DNA from: Paraspadella gotoi
Taxonomy: Eukaryota > Animalia > Chaetognatha
Direction of reading: 5' to 3'
Length of the DNA stretch: 64,000 bases
Assembly (NCBI GenBank): GCA_051294375.1
Contig: CM119266.1
Span: 15,996,760-16,060,759 of the forward strand
In this document: positions 47,138 through 60,702 of the stretch, piece by piece
Position numbering within the stretch: the stretch's first letter is position 1
How the letters are laid out: every line of letters begins with the position of its first letter
The notes under the pieces: generated by a model
Told to the model about the DNA's origin: nothing
What the model saw: the letters and a program-made list of their open reading frames with translations, nothing else
Database searches by the model: none
Translations under genes and position numbers: made by a program

Positions 47138-47283
47138 TTTCTTTTTTTTCTTTTTTTTCTTTTTCTTTCTTTTCTTTTCTTTTCTTTTCTTTTCTTTTCT
47201 TTCTTTCTTTTCTTTTCTTTTCTTTTCTTTTCTTTTTCTTTCTTTTCTTTTCTTTTCTTTTTCTTTCTTTTTCTTTTCTTTCT

Positions 47284-47323
<40 letters not shown>

Positions 47324-47324
47324 T
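47138..47324. repeat. (TTTTC)n/(TTTC)n polypyrimidine tract
   Basis: About 190 bp of T/C only; also at about 51711-51897 and inverted at about 60083-60257. Confidence 0.95.
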
Positions 47325-47495
47325 GTCTCTCTCTTTCTATTCTTTGTTCCCCCGCAGCCGCAACTTCGCCTCTCGTCGCCCAGCGAAGATTTTCTTGACC
47401 TTTTTAGCCTCCGTCATCAACGGCTTAAGAAAAGCTTAGGTCAGTTATGACCGAAGAAATTCCATTTTTTTTTTTCTTTCTTTCTTTATGAAGCT

Positions 47496-47534
<39 letters not shown>

Positions 47535-47909
47535 AAGCGAAATTAAGACGGAGGAGGGAAAGAAGGGTATAGATGCGGTTGATAAAAAGAAAGATGCGAT
47601 CAGGAGAGGTGATAGGGCGGATGGAAAGGTCACGGGCGGGAATATATTCTTTTTTCAACTTTAGCATTCTCAGAAAAGAATTGATTTCTCAGGCTTAATT
47701 AAACTTTAGTAAGTCGGTTTACGTACACCGAAATAATAATTAGATTATTTTTTTTTCTAATTTGCTACAGAAATCGACCCTAATTCGAACGTTCGATATT
47801 ACTTTTGGTCTTTGACTTTGGTACAATTTTTCACTCAGTCTCCGCTAGAGGCCTCTTCCCCTCGGTTCGTTTTCGCATCTTTAAATACCATCCAGCTTAC
47901 TTTCATCGA

Positions 47910-48070
47910 TCCCCATCTATCGATAGATTTTCTTTAGAACGACGCGGTACCATTAGGCGGGCGGCGATTGGTCGATTGCCAAGAAAGGCGGTGACCAATG
48001 GTGGGACACCCAAGAGACTGACCTTTTAGCTTTTCATATTAACGCTTGAAAAATGGCGAGACGCGGGATG
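47910..48070. promoter_or_regulatory. Promoter-like cluster: DRE-type palindrome, GC box, CCAAT boxes, YY1-like site
   Basis: TCTATCGATAGA (TATCGATA at 47918-47925), GGCGGGCGG, GATTGG, CCAAT and AAAATGGCG within 150 bp; mirrored in the inverted copies. Motif evidence only. Confidence 0.35.
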
Positions 48071-48580
48071 GACGGGAGAGAGTATAAATTATCAACGGCA
48101 GAGTGAATCTTTGTTGTAGAAACGTAACGTGGGTTTGTTATTTTTTTCTATTATATTAACATTTACGTTAAACCCTAGAACGCTACAACTAAGTAAAGTC
48201 GTGTAAATGAAACCTATCAACATCTAACACATTCTCGACTCGCTTCGGAATTAACGGGCGCCTGTGACGGAAATAAAAATTCTTAATGAGAAAAACCCAG
48301 AAGGTGGATGCTCCTTTGTTTTTTTAATTACCTCAGTCTCGCGATATCATTTTACGAGAAGCACCTTGAAGAATGTTTTTCTCCCTCCGATAGAGGGACT
48401 CTCATTCCGAGAAGAGACCGTTAAGTCGTCGGCGACGATTACGACGACGACGTCGCCAAAGTGCGAGACGACGATGGGCGTAAACATTGAAGGGAAACAA
48501 AAGAGCATCGAGGATATCGTCTAGACGAACGGCGACGCCTGGCGGGAATGAACGGGAAAAACAAAAGGGAAAGGTGTGTG

Positions 48581-48670
<90 letters not shown>

Positions 48671-48729
48671 GAGAGAGAGAAAGAGAAAGAGTGACGGAAT
48701 ACCAGAAGAAAGCAGAGAGAGAGAGCGAG

Positions 48730-49761
48730 CCTTTTGTTTTTCCCGTTCATTCCCGCCAGGCGTCGCCGTTCGTCTAGACGATATCCTCGATGCTCTTTTG
48801 TTTCCCTTCAATGTTTACGCCATCGTCGTCTCGCCACTTGGCGACGTCGTCGTCGTAATCGTCGCCGACGACTTAACGGTCTCTTCTCGGAATGAGAGTC
48901 CCTCTATCGGAGGGAGAAAACATTCTTCAAGGTGCTTCTCGTAAAATGATATCGCGAGACTGAGGTAATTAAAAAACAAAGGAGCATCCACCTTCTGGGT
49001 TTTTCTCATTAAGAATTTTTATTTCCGTCACAGGCGCCCGTTAATTCCGAAGCGAGTCGAGAATGTGTTAGATGTTGATAGGTTCATTTACACGACTTTA
49101 CTTAGTTGTAGCGTTCTAGGGTTTAACGTAAATGTTAATATAATAGAAAAAAATACAAACTCCACGTTACGTTTCTACAACAAAGATTCACTCTGCCGTT
49201 GATAATTTATACTCTCTCCCGTCCATCCCCGCGTCTCGCCATTTTTCAAGCGTTAATATGAAAAGCTAAAAGGTCAGTCTCTTGGGTGTCCCACCATTGG
49301 TCACCGCCTTTCTGGCAATCGACCAATCGCCGCCCGCCTAATGGTACCGCGTCGTTCTAAAGAAAATCTATCGATAGATGGGGATCGATGAAAGTAAGCT
49401 GGATGGTATTTAAAGATGCGAAACGAACCGAGGGGAAGAGGCCTCTAGCGGAGACTGAGTGAAAAATTGTACCAAAGTCAAAGACCAAAAGTAATATCGA
49501 ACGTTCGAATTAGGGTCGATTTCTGTAGCAAATTTAGAAAAAAAAATAATCTAATTATATTTTCGGTGTACGTAAACCGACTTACTAAAGTTTAATTAAG
49601 CCTGAGAAATCAATTCTTTTCTGAGAAAGCTAAAGTTGAAAAAAAGAATATATTCTCCCGCCCGTGACCTTTCCATCCGCCCTATCACCTCTCCTGATCG
49701 CATCTTTCTTTTTATCAACCGCATCTATACCCTTCTTTCCCTCCTCCGTCTTAATTTCGCT

Positions 49762-49796
<35 letters not shown>
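48730..49796 (-). repeat. Inverted arm of fold-back 1 (reverse complement of about 47500-48568)
   Basis: CCTTTTGTTTTTCCCGTTCATTCCCGCC at 48730 is the reverse complement of GGCGGGAATGAACGGGAAAAACAAAAGG at 48541-48568; about 160-bp (AG)n-rich spacer. Confidence 0.93.
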
Positions 49797-49821
49797 NNNN
49801 NNNNNNNNNNNNNNNNNNNNN

Positions 49822-50407
49822 GGAGGAGATAAATGACCCCGCGTTCCCGTTGGGTCAGTTTTCTCCGCCTCCGCATTCTTACCATTTCCTCTTTACCTCT
49901 AACACTCATTCTTGTCTTTCCCACCTTTTACCATCACCACCCATGCCCCCTACCACTTCACCACCGGTTTTTTTGACTCAAGTGGCGGCAAATGACGATT
50001 TTTTTTTTCTTTCTGGCTTTTCCTTTTCGGACGATCTGATGAGCTTCGCACAGCTGTGGTCAGGCGAGCTTGCTCTATTCACGTCAATCTTTCCTCTGAA
50101 CGATACACGAGCGTCTTCAAAGATTGAGTTTGAAAACGCATTACAACGATTGAACTGAATTTTCTCCCCAACTTTTTTTTTTTTGGGGGGGAATTGTAAA
50201 GTGTCTGGACGTCGGTTCAATCTGGTCGGTCACAGGTGGTGGTCAGAACTCGACCCGTCATCTTCGTACTCGGGACAAAGAAAATGGATAGAAATTGGAT
50301 TCCAGAATGAGGAGGGAATATTAGGAGGGAAAGAGGGTCAGACTGAAGAGAATGAGAGCGAGTGGGGTAGGGAAGGAAATCATGGGACGAGGGGGGGGAA
50401 ATAGGGG

Positions 50408-50486
<79 letters not shown>

Positions 50487-51262
50487 GAGGAAACAAAAGA
50501 GGAAGAAAGAGAAAAGAAAGAAATTTTAAGAATTTGTAACATACAAATACAAATACCTAAATACTTACCGAAATACTTTAACTTGAATCAGTACGGAAAT
50601 ATTTTCTTTTCTTTTTTTTTTGCAACCGCCCCCCCTAGCGGGATCTCCTGTCCGAGCTTTAAAAGCCAGCATCAGAAGAAGGAAGCGAATAAATTGGTCA
50701 AAACTTCTTACCGAAACTCGATTCCCGATTCCCCAACACCCAAATCTTTTTGACCGCACGAATCACGGACACACGGACAGACGGACCCTTCACCCCAATC
50801 CTTCGAACCCGAGGATAACCACTTCGACAGAGACATATGGAGGAGAAGGAGGAAGATGAGATGAGAACAGAAGAAGGAAAGAAAAAGGAAGGGGAAAAAA
50901 TGAGAGCATAAAGAGCATAAATATGTCACTCGGTTCCTAATTTTCTTTAAATTATTTAGGGTATCGTCTGAACATAGAAAAAGTGAAATTTTTGCAAGAA
51001 ATAATTTAAAAAACTACTCAAAATTGTACGTATGAATGCATATAACTGTAAGTATGTAGCTTTTAAGTCTTGAAAGAGGAAAAGGGATTGAGGAAATGAG
51101 ACAGATGCCATGAATAATGATGTCGAGAAATGAGTCTTCGAGCCGTCAAGGAAGATAATTAGATCAAATTCCGGACAATGGGCATTGCGGGAGATGCAGT
51201 GGGATGAGGGCATTGCGGGAGATGCAGTGGGATGAGGGTAGCCAGGTGCCGGACAGAGAGAG

Positions 51263-51343
<81 letters not shown>

Positions 51344-51856
51344 GAGAGAGGGAGCGAGCGAGAGTTATGAGATGCGAAATATTTACGACCGCCCATCATG
51401 ACGTTGAATTAGTTAACTTACCTTGGGCCAACGTTGCGTTAGGATTAGAAGTTGCCTTAAATGTTTTTCTTCTCTTTTAAGACTTAATTTTAAATAAATT
51501 TTAAGTTCTACCCTTCTAAACAGTAAACAAAGATTGTTGGATTTATTCTTAGATGCACCGCCTCAGCTTCCCGACGATGCAACGACGACTGTACCTTCAT
51601 AAAAATTCATTTGCATATTGATGACGGCGATTCCTCGGCCACGCCCACCCTGATGAGGCCGAAGCAAATCCTAATTCCACCTGAGCCGCTTCTTTACATT
51701 TTTTCGGTACTTTCTTTTTTTTCTTTTTTTTCTTTTTCTTTCTTTTCTTTTCTTTTCTTTTCTTTTCTTTTCTTTCTTTCTTTTCTTTTCTTTTCTTTTC
51801 TTTTCTTTTTCTTTCTTTTCTTTTCTTTTCTTTTTCTTTCTTTTTCTTTTCTTTCT

Positions 51857-51896
<40 letters not shown>

Positions 51897-52067
51897 TGTC
51901 TCTCTCTTTCTATTCTTTGTTCCCCCGCAGCCGCAACTTCGCCTCTCGTCGCCCAGCGAAGATTTTCTTGACCTTTTTAGCCTCCGTCATCAACGGCTTA
52001 AGAAAAGCTTAGGTCAGTTATGACCGAAGAAGAAAATTTCATTTTTTTTTTTCTATCTTTCTTTATG
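49822..52067 (+). repeat. Block C copy 2 (direct, equivalent to about 45253-47490)
   Basis: Starts with the identical GGAGGAGATAAATGACCCC directly after another 25-N gap; identical ORFs at offset about 4570. Confidence 0.93.
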
Positions 52068-52071
52068 CTTT

Positions 52072-52434
52072 AAAGTACCGAAAAAATGTAAAGAAGCGGC
52101 TCAGGTGGAATTAGGATTTGCTTCGGCCTCATCAGGGTGGGCGTGGCCGAGGAATCGCCGTCATCAATATGCAAATGAATTTTTATGAAGGTACAGGTCG
52201 TCGTTGCATCGTCGGGAAGCTGAGACGGTGCATCTAAGAATAAATCCAACAATCTTTGTTTACTGTTTAGAAGGGTAGAACTTAAAATTTATTTAAAATT
52301 AAGTCTTAAAAAGAGAAGAAAATACATTTAAGGCAACTCTAATCCTAACGCAACGTTGGCCCCAAGGTAAGTTAACTAATTCAACGTCATGATGGGCGGG
52401 TCGTAAATATTTCGCATCTCATAACTCTCGCTCG

Positions 52435-52483
<49 letters not shown>

Positions 52484-52813
52484 CGGCACCTGGCTACCCT
52501 CATCCCACTGCATCTCCCGCAATGCCCATTGTCCGGGATTTGATCTAATTATCTCCTTGACGGGCGAAGACTCATTTCTCCGACATCATATTCATGGCAT
52601 CTGTCTCATTTCATCAATCTCTTTTCCTCTTTCAAGACTTAAAAGCTACATACTTACAGTTATATGCAGTCATACGTACAATTTTTGAGTAGTTTTTAAA
52701 TTATTTCTTGCAAAAATTTCACTTTTTCTATGTTCAGACGATACCCTAAATAATTTAAAGAAAATTAGGAACCGAGTGACATATTTATGCTCTTTATGCT
52801 CTCATTTTTTCCC
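52072..52813 (-). repeat. Inverted arm of fold-back 2 (reverse complement of about 50892-51713)
   Basis: AAAGTACCGAAAAAATGTAAAGAAGCGGCTCAGGTGG is the reverse complement of CCACCTGAGCCGCTTCTTTACATTTTTTCGGTACTTT; about 360-bp spacer rich in (TTTC)n. Confidence 0.9.
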
Positions 52814-53711
52814 GAGAGACTTTTATTTCGCAGGACCGGATTTCAGTTTTTCTCGGAATGCAGTTCAACAATTCCGTGGAAAAAAAAAAGATTAAGGGAA
52901 TTTCAGGTTTTTGACAAGAGACTTTCCGTTTTATTTCTTGCTCTTTCTTTTCTCTGCCAGGATCTAAGTGAGTTCGATTAAAAAGAATGAAAGAAAAAAA
53001 ATGAAAGAAAGAAAAAATGAAGGGGGGTTTTTCCGAAGGTAATTACCGCTAATGAGAAAGGAAGGCGGATGAGAAGGAAAAAAAAAGGAGGAGAGTGAAA
53101 ATTAAGAGAGAAATTGAAATTTAACCCGGCTGAAAAATGGAAGGGAGAGCACAGTGTTGAATTCTTAACTTGTTTAAATTCTTTATAACGAGTAATGACT
53201 TTTTAAAAAAAATATAAATGGAAAAGTCAGGCGTCATTTTAAAATAATATTTACGTTTTTGTACGTATTATACTGTGACCATGGAACATGGTCCCACTGC
53301 ACAGTTTTTAGGTTTTCTGTCAAAAAAGGAAACTCTTAAATCTATTTTTTCTCATGAGTAGATGCGTCCTTTTCGAGATCCACTGTGCCTTCTTTCTCTC
53401 TTCCCCCACCTTAGGATCGCCGAGGAAAGACAGAAAGAAAAATGTCAAGGTGATAAAAGCCGTCATTAAGGAATGTTCCGCCATCTTGTCGTTGAGGACG
53501 ACGAAAACGACGACGAAGACGACGACGACCGAAACGATGAAAGTTTAATCTAGCGAAGCTCAAGCTTTGACCATATGTGCCGCCTTTTCCGCTTCGTTTC
53601 CCTTCTTTTTCTCTCATTCTTCATTTCAAAACGTGAAAAAAACTTGAAGAGGCAAAATTCTGTTTTAAAATATAATATATATAATAATTAATAATATATA
53701 ATAATAATAAT

Positions 53712-53753
<42 letters not shown>

Positions 53754-56700
53754 TAATAATAATTCCTGCAACGCTAACCGGAACTCGTTTTCCGTTTCGG
53801 AAAAAAAAAAACCTCAAAAAATAGAGAAAAATAAATCTCGACATTCCAGACATTTTATTTCTTTATTAATAAATTAGCGGGCACCTTATGAGCCTTAACC
53901 GGTTAGAAGTTTCCTAACTTTTTTCTTTCTTTCTCCTTCTCGAGAGTTTTCAGTAATTGAGTCTGTGTTTTTCTTGAACGGTGACTCCTTTCACCAATCA
54001 ATCAATTTTCCGTCCAAGGCTATTAGTCGATGTTATTAGAGAAATGATTGGCGATGCGATCGTCAACCTGATTGGAAATACGTGATTAGATTAAATTATG
54101 GAACAAAGTAACAGCGAAAGATTTATTAGAAGAGTGGTGGATATCAATTAGACTGGGAAAGGAAGTTTCGATGTGATTTTAGTGAAAAGATTTGTCCAAG
54201 TGATTTAAAACGATAACTTTTGAAAAACTATTTACGTATTTATGCTTCACCGAAAAGCAGAACTTATTATCGAATTTAGTTACGAATTCCGAAAAGTTTC
54301 TTCTTGACGGATTTTCTTTGCCTGTCCCACCGAAATTATCTAGAAAACAAAAAAGGAAGGAAAAAAAATTGGGGAAAAAAAAACAAAAAAACTTTCTTAA
54401 CCTTTTCAGTGACGGAAAATTAGCAGATGTTACTTACGAAATTATTCAAGGGAAAAAAATCACGTTTTGCTTCGTCTTGAAATTTTTCAGGTTCTTAGGA
54501 CTTTTGAAAAAAAATGGCTGCGAAAAAATCACTACTATGTAGTGTGATGAGAGAATTTTAAGTGGATCTTTGTTAGAGTTTTGAAAGTTAAAGGGTTTTA
54601 TAAATTGAACTACTTTAAAGAGAAAACATGATTTATTAAGTTATGTTCCTTAGGCAAGAATTATAACAACCGGAAAACTTTATATTTTCCGAAGTCGGAG
54701 AAATCAAAGCGTAAAAAGTTCACTGGGTGAATAGTGAGTCATACTTTTATCTCTCCCACCTAGCTCCTACCAGCCTTCCCCCCCCTAAAAAAATACCCCC
54801 TTTTAACGTCATTTTTATTTTTGAAAAAAAAATGTTATCGAGTTATTTTTCTATATTTTTCTACACTTACGACAGAAACCCACACACGGCGATTGAGATT
54901 TTAGGTGGACTGCGAACGACCTGAGAGAGAATATTGTGAATAGAGATTCTGCGGAGCTCTACGGTAACAGACAATAATAAATAAGTTTGTTACGGTCGTC
55001 GCTCCCTCAGGACGCGTTCGTCGTCGTCGCCTCGCGGCGGCGAAAAAAGAAATATTTTCTCAGACTCGGGCACCGATTTTTGTGTCACCGGAAATAAGTT
55101 CTTTGAAGATGGAGAATGAAATGTTGTTTAAAGTTTGTAATCTAATAAGAGGCTTCGGATCTAGAGCTTCATATTCGATTATGACTCATAAGAAAAATAT
55201 TAATTATGTTTGCTGTCGTGTGTTTAAAAATAAGACGCTCTGCAATACTAAGTTTGAAGAGGCTGGTTTTACAGGCGCCACACCCACAGCGGTGTCACTC
55301 GTGGCAACGCGAGACAGCATGTTCATGTAGTCCAGAGCTTTGGATCTGGCAGTAGGCCCATGCTTACAGCGGGTTACCCGGTCCATCCCACTTTCTACAT
55401 GACAACCTCAGGGCTCGAACCAGGGACGCACATGGATGGTGCATTAGCACTGAGCCACTGAGGCGCTGTGAAAGTACAGCTTAATCCATCTGTGGTGATA
55501 GGACCACCAGAAGTTCTTCGTTACATAATATGACCATTATTTTTACTTTTTGGAGCCTACCTTCAATCCTTTTTTCATCCGAAAATTGAAAACTGGATAA
55601 AAAAAAAAACCTTTGAAAGGCCGGCCGGGGTAAATTGAGATTTTTTTGATAAGATAAGAAAACTGAGGGAAAAAAATTGTTTTAAAGAAGACTAATATTC
55701 TTTGTCGGTTTTTTTTTCGGTTACTTTCGGTTAAGTTTTTTATATTTCAATAGCGCGGTCTACGGACGACAGTTCATAACTTTACAGTAATGGTTAAGAA
55801 ATTTACTAGTCGCGCCGGAGTTTGGGAAGGTTGTGAGAGCCATTAGCCACCAAAAAACCAAATCGGCCATAATCTTCTTCTTTTTCGTTCTCGCCTCGTC
55901 GTCGTCGTCATTGTCGCGTCGTCACCGACTCCATTTCGAACCCATTTTCCCTCACTTTGTTCCATCCGCTTTTCGCCTTCTTCCAAGTTTACTTTGAACC
56001 CGCGGGCAGACGAGGTTGCGGCGGCGGCGGCGGTACGGCGGCAGCGGCGGCAGCGGCAGCGCAGCGGCAGCGACGGCGATTGCTACTCAACCCACTTGAC
56101 CCGCTTCCACCCCATCCACTCCGCCACACGCGCTCTCCCTTTTTAACCCGTCTACGTGATTCTCCACTTCCGGGTTCCTTCCACTACGAAGGTCGACTGC
56201 GTCCTCGCGGTTCGTTGTGGGCGTGGGCTGAGTCGTGGGCTGAGGCGTGGGATGGGCGTGGGCGTTAGCTGGGACATGTTTGTGGACGTGGGCGTATCAT
56301 CCCAATCGTTTCTGGAGCCAATTCAAGTTTCAGTCTGAGTATACTCCTACGAGTAAAACACCAACTCTTGCACCACATTTCACCTTACTAAAATGTATAC
56401 AATCACTTTTTACTAATGCGCCCATCCTCACCTCACAGAATAACAAACTCTCACCACCTTCAAGCGCCAGCATCAACATCACCGGCGCGCCCCTCCTCGC
56501 CACTTTCTATCTCCCTCTCCTCTCGTCTCCTCTCACGAATCGAAGACGTTCACGTCACTCGTTGTAGCCGCTCGTCACCGCCTCTCATCAACTGAGCAAA
56601 TATACGAGAAAAATCTGCCCCCGCAACGACGACGACGAGAACGACGACGAGAACGACGACCAAGTTGAATACGATGACAATAATTAATTAGCAAGGATGG

Positions 56701-57308
56701 CTTGTGTGAAAATTTTTACTATCATGAGTGTTAATTTCAATTAATGTCGAAAGGGTAGTTGGGCAAAAGTGACCAGATGAACTTGATAAAAATAGAAAAA
56801 AAAACATACCGTTTATAATATAAACATTAACAGGAAATAATAGCATAAAATTATTAATAAAAATAAGCACTAATGGACCAAAACTTTTAAAGCCGAAAAC
56901 GATGACTTTGTCAGTCTTCGAAGATGACAATGGGACGACGACGAGGACGACGACGACAGAACTTTTTAACCTTCGTGAAAGTTGTTTAACTTGTCTCTCC
57001 CTCTTTCTCTGGTTAAAAGATGAGAACGTGAGGATTTCTCGTGAGTTTCACTCGCTTGTCCGCCTTCCCGTTCTTCCTGCCCGAGCTTTCTATTTCGTCC
57101 TTGAAAAAAAAATGATTTCAGTCAAAACTTTGATGGACAACGTGAGTAGCTGTTTACCTGGAAATTTATCGTTAATTTTAAAAGCCTAATATTGAGGATT
57201 AACTTTTGGTAATTAAATAATTTTAAGCAATCGAAGCTTTTGAGTTTTATAAACTAAAAAAAACTAAATTCCTAGAATTTTATCCAAAGGCTATTTCCCT
57301 TGTTCCTC

Positions 57309-57378
<70 letters not shown>

Positions 57379-57598
57379 GCTTTCGCTCACGATCAGGTGG
57401 CGAAGTAAAAGTTTAAAGAATAAGTGGATAAAAGAAAGAGATTGAGAAAGAGAAAAAGTGGAGAAAGAGAAAGTAAATTGAAATCTTCTTGGGTGGCGGC
57501 CGCCGCTTCAATCACGCGAACCAGGTTTTTGATGAAAAAATAATGGGGAAGGAGATGCGTGGGGAAAGAGGGTGGGGAAGCGAGAGAGAGAGAGAGAC

Positions 57599-57677
<79 letters not shown>

Positions 57678-58695
57678 AGAGAGAGAGAGAGAGAAAGAAA
57701 GCCTAACCGCAATGCTACTAATAAAGCCGTTAGAGCCTATCATTAAGTAGCATTCTGGCAATGAAAACAAATAAGGAAACAAAAGAAGAAAACAACAAAA
57801 TAAAGCGAATGTAAAGAACGACGGGAACGACGGGAATCGAAAGAGAGACGAATGAAGTTGGCGATCGATTCGAAGGTCGGGCGCCAGTCGTTGTTGTTGT
57901 CGTCGTTGTCGTCGTCCAGGCATTGAACCGTGCAGATTCGACCCGGAAAAAAAAAAACCTGGGCCCTCGAATCGTCGACCTCGAACCCCAGGAGTGTCGA
58001 CCTCGTTGCTCGAAGCCTCAATGAGTTTCGCTTGGAAAAGTCAGAGTTGACAAATGGTTCCGCCCCCTTTTTTTTCGAGAGGCTCTCTCGATTGTCGAAG
58101 CTCTCGACGCGACCGAAGGAATGAACAAAGTATCAACGAAAGTAGACAGAGTTGAAGGATTTTCAAAGAGTGGCTATAGTTCTTATGCGATAGGGTCGTT
58201 CTTGCTAATGTCAGCTTGTTACATCGTAGTCTTCTTGGCTAATTTAATAATGAATATATATAAAGTTTATATATCTTACGTTGATAAAATAGACGAGTTT
58301 TCAACCTAAGGTGGCAAAAAATAATGAATTAAAAGAAGGGAAAAAAAGAGTTTTTAAAAACGCATCTTGTCAATATCTCAGCTTCAACTCTTCATTCTTT
58401 TCTCCCCAAATTTTGTAAACAAACGACTGAATTTGTTTACGACGATTATCAATACTTTCCTTCGCTCTTGACTCGAGAGGGAGCGACGTATTTCGAACCA
58501 ACGAAGGAAAAAAAAAAGTAAAAGTGGATATTTTCACTCTGACGTTTGTTTACCTTTTGTTCTTGAAAAAGTTCTTCACGTGAAATCACCCGAGAGCTCG
58601 AGCGACGACGATGATGACGACGATGACGACGATCGGTCGACGATGGTGATTAGCCGATTTACGTCACCATAGAGACAACGATGAAAGCTTGTTCG
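52814..58695 (+). repeat. Block B copy 2 (carries the SINE and other indels)
   Basis: Same landmark order as copy 1: (AAT)n tract, CCAAT cluster, GGCAGC tract, GACGAT tract. Runs without a gap into inverted block C at 58696. Confidence 0.95.
55255..55510 (-). mobile_element. 256-bp tRNA-headed SINE-like insertion with 5-bp TSD (AAGTT), absent from the other copy of block B
   Basis: Empty site CAATACT-AAGTT-CTTCGTTAC in the first block-B copy (AAGTT at 41992-41996). Filled site has AAGTT at 55250-55254 and 55511-55515. The minus strand carries an A-box-like TGGCTCAGTGC (55457-55447) and a B-box GGTTCGAGCCC (55421-55411). Confidence 0.75.
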
Positions 58696-58748
58696 CTCGC
58701 TCTCTCTCTCTGCTTTCTTCTGGTATTCGTCACTCTTTCTCTCTCTCT

Positions 58749-58836
<88 letters not shown>

Positions 58837-59873
58837 CACACCTTTTCCTTTTGTTTTTCCCGTTCATTCCCGCCAGGCGTCGCCGTTCGTCTAGACGATA
58901 TCTCGATGCTCTTTTGTTTCCCTTCAATGTTTACGCCATCGTCGTCTCGCCACTTGGCGACGTCGTCGTCGTAATCGTCGCCGACGACTTAACGGTCTCT
59001 TCTCGGAATGAGAGTCCCTCTATCGGAGGGAGAAAACATTCTTCAAGGTGCTTCTCGTAAAATGATATCGCGAGACTGAGGTAATTAAAAAAACAAAGGA
59101 GCATCCACCTTCTGGGTTTTTCTCATTAAGAATTTTTATTTCCGTCACAGGCGCCCGTTAATTCCGAAGCGAGTCGAGAATGTGTTAGATGTTGATAGGT
59201 TCATTTACACGACTTTACTTAGTTGTAGCGTTCTAGGGTTTAACGTAAATGTTAATATAATAGAAAAAAATACAAACTCCACGTTACGTTTCTACAACAA
59301 AGATTCACTCTGCCGTTGATAATTTTATACTCTCTCCGTCCATCCCGCGTCTCGCCATTTTTCAAGCGTTAATATGAAAAGCTAAAAGGTCAGTCTCTTG
59401 GGTGTCCCACCATTGGTCACCGCCTTTCTGGCAATCGACCATCGCCGCCCGCCTAATGGTACCGCGTCGTTCTAAAGAAAATCTATCGATAGATGGGGAT
59501 CGATGAAAGTAAGCTGGATGGTATTTAAAGATGCGAAACGAACCGAGGGGAAGAGGCCTCTAGCGGAGACTGAGTGAAAAATTGTACAAAGTCAAAGACC
59601 AAAAGTAATATCGAACGTTCGAATTAGGGTCGATTTCTGTAGCAAATTAGAAAAAAAAATAATCTAATTATATTTTCGGTGTACGTAAACCGACTTACTA
59701 AAGTTTAATTAAGCCTGAGAAATCAATTCTTTTCTGAGAATGCTAAAGTTGAAAAAAAGAATATATTCTCCCGCCCGTGACCTTTCCATCCGCCTATCAC
59801 CTCTCCTGATCGCATCTTTCTTTTTATCAACCGCATCTATACCGTTCTTTCCCTCCTCCGTCTTAATTTCGCT

Positions 59874-59911
<38 letters not shown>

Positions 59912-60083
59912 AGCTTCATAAAGAAAGAAAGAAAAAAAAATGAATTTCTTCTCGGTCATAACTGACCATAAGCTTTTCTTTAGCCGTTGATGACGGAGGC
60001 TAAAAAGGTCAAGAAAATCTTCGCTGGGCGACGAGAGGCGAAGTTGCGGCTGCGGGGGAACAAAGAATAGAAAGAGAGAGACA

Positions 60084-60131
<48 letters not shown>

Positions 60132-60616
60132 AAAGAAAAAGAAAGAAAAGAAAAGAAAGAAAAGAAAGAAAAAGAAAAGAAAAGAAAAGAAGAAAAAAAG
60201 AAAGAAAGAAAAGAAAAGAAAAGAAAGAAAAGAAAAAAAGAAAAAAAAAAAAAGAAAGTACCGAAAAAATGTAAAGAAGCGGCTCAGGTGGAATTAGGAT
60301 TTGCTTCGGCCTCATCAGGGTGGGCGTGGCCGAGGAATCGCCGTCATCAATATGCAAATGAATTTTTATGAAGGTACAGGTCGTCGTTGCATCGTCGGGA
60401 AGCTGAGGCGGTGACATCTAAGAATAAATCCAACAATCTTTGTTTACTGTTTAGGAAGGGAGAACTTAAAATTTATTTAAAATTAAGTCTTAAAAGAGAA
60501 GAAAACATTTAAGGCAACTCTAATCCTAACGCAACGTTGGCCCAAGGTAAGTTAACTAATCAACGTCATGATGGGCGGGTCGTAAATATTTCGCATCTCA
60601 TAACTCTCGCTCCTCC

Positions 60617-60702
<86 letters not shown>

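Larger units (their letters stand above)
45253..48729 (+). repeat. Block C copy 1 (about 3.5 kb)
   Basis: Starts GGAGGAGATAAATGACCCCGCG after a 25-N gap; direct partial copy at 49822-52067; inverted copies at 48730-49796, 52072-52813 and 58696-61461. Confidence 0.93.

Noticed and set aside
47500-52813. Foldback-type transposon or large TIR element
   Set aside because: The arms are ordinary local sequence re-used elsewhere in the window, there is no TSD or transposase, and the ends coincide with gaps and junctions.
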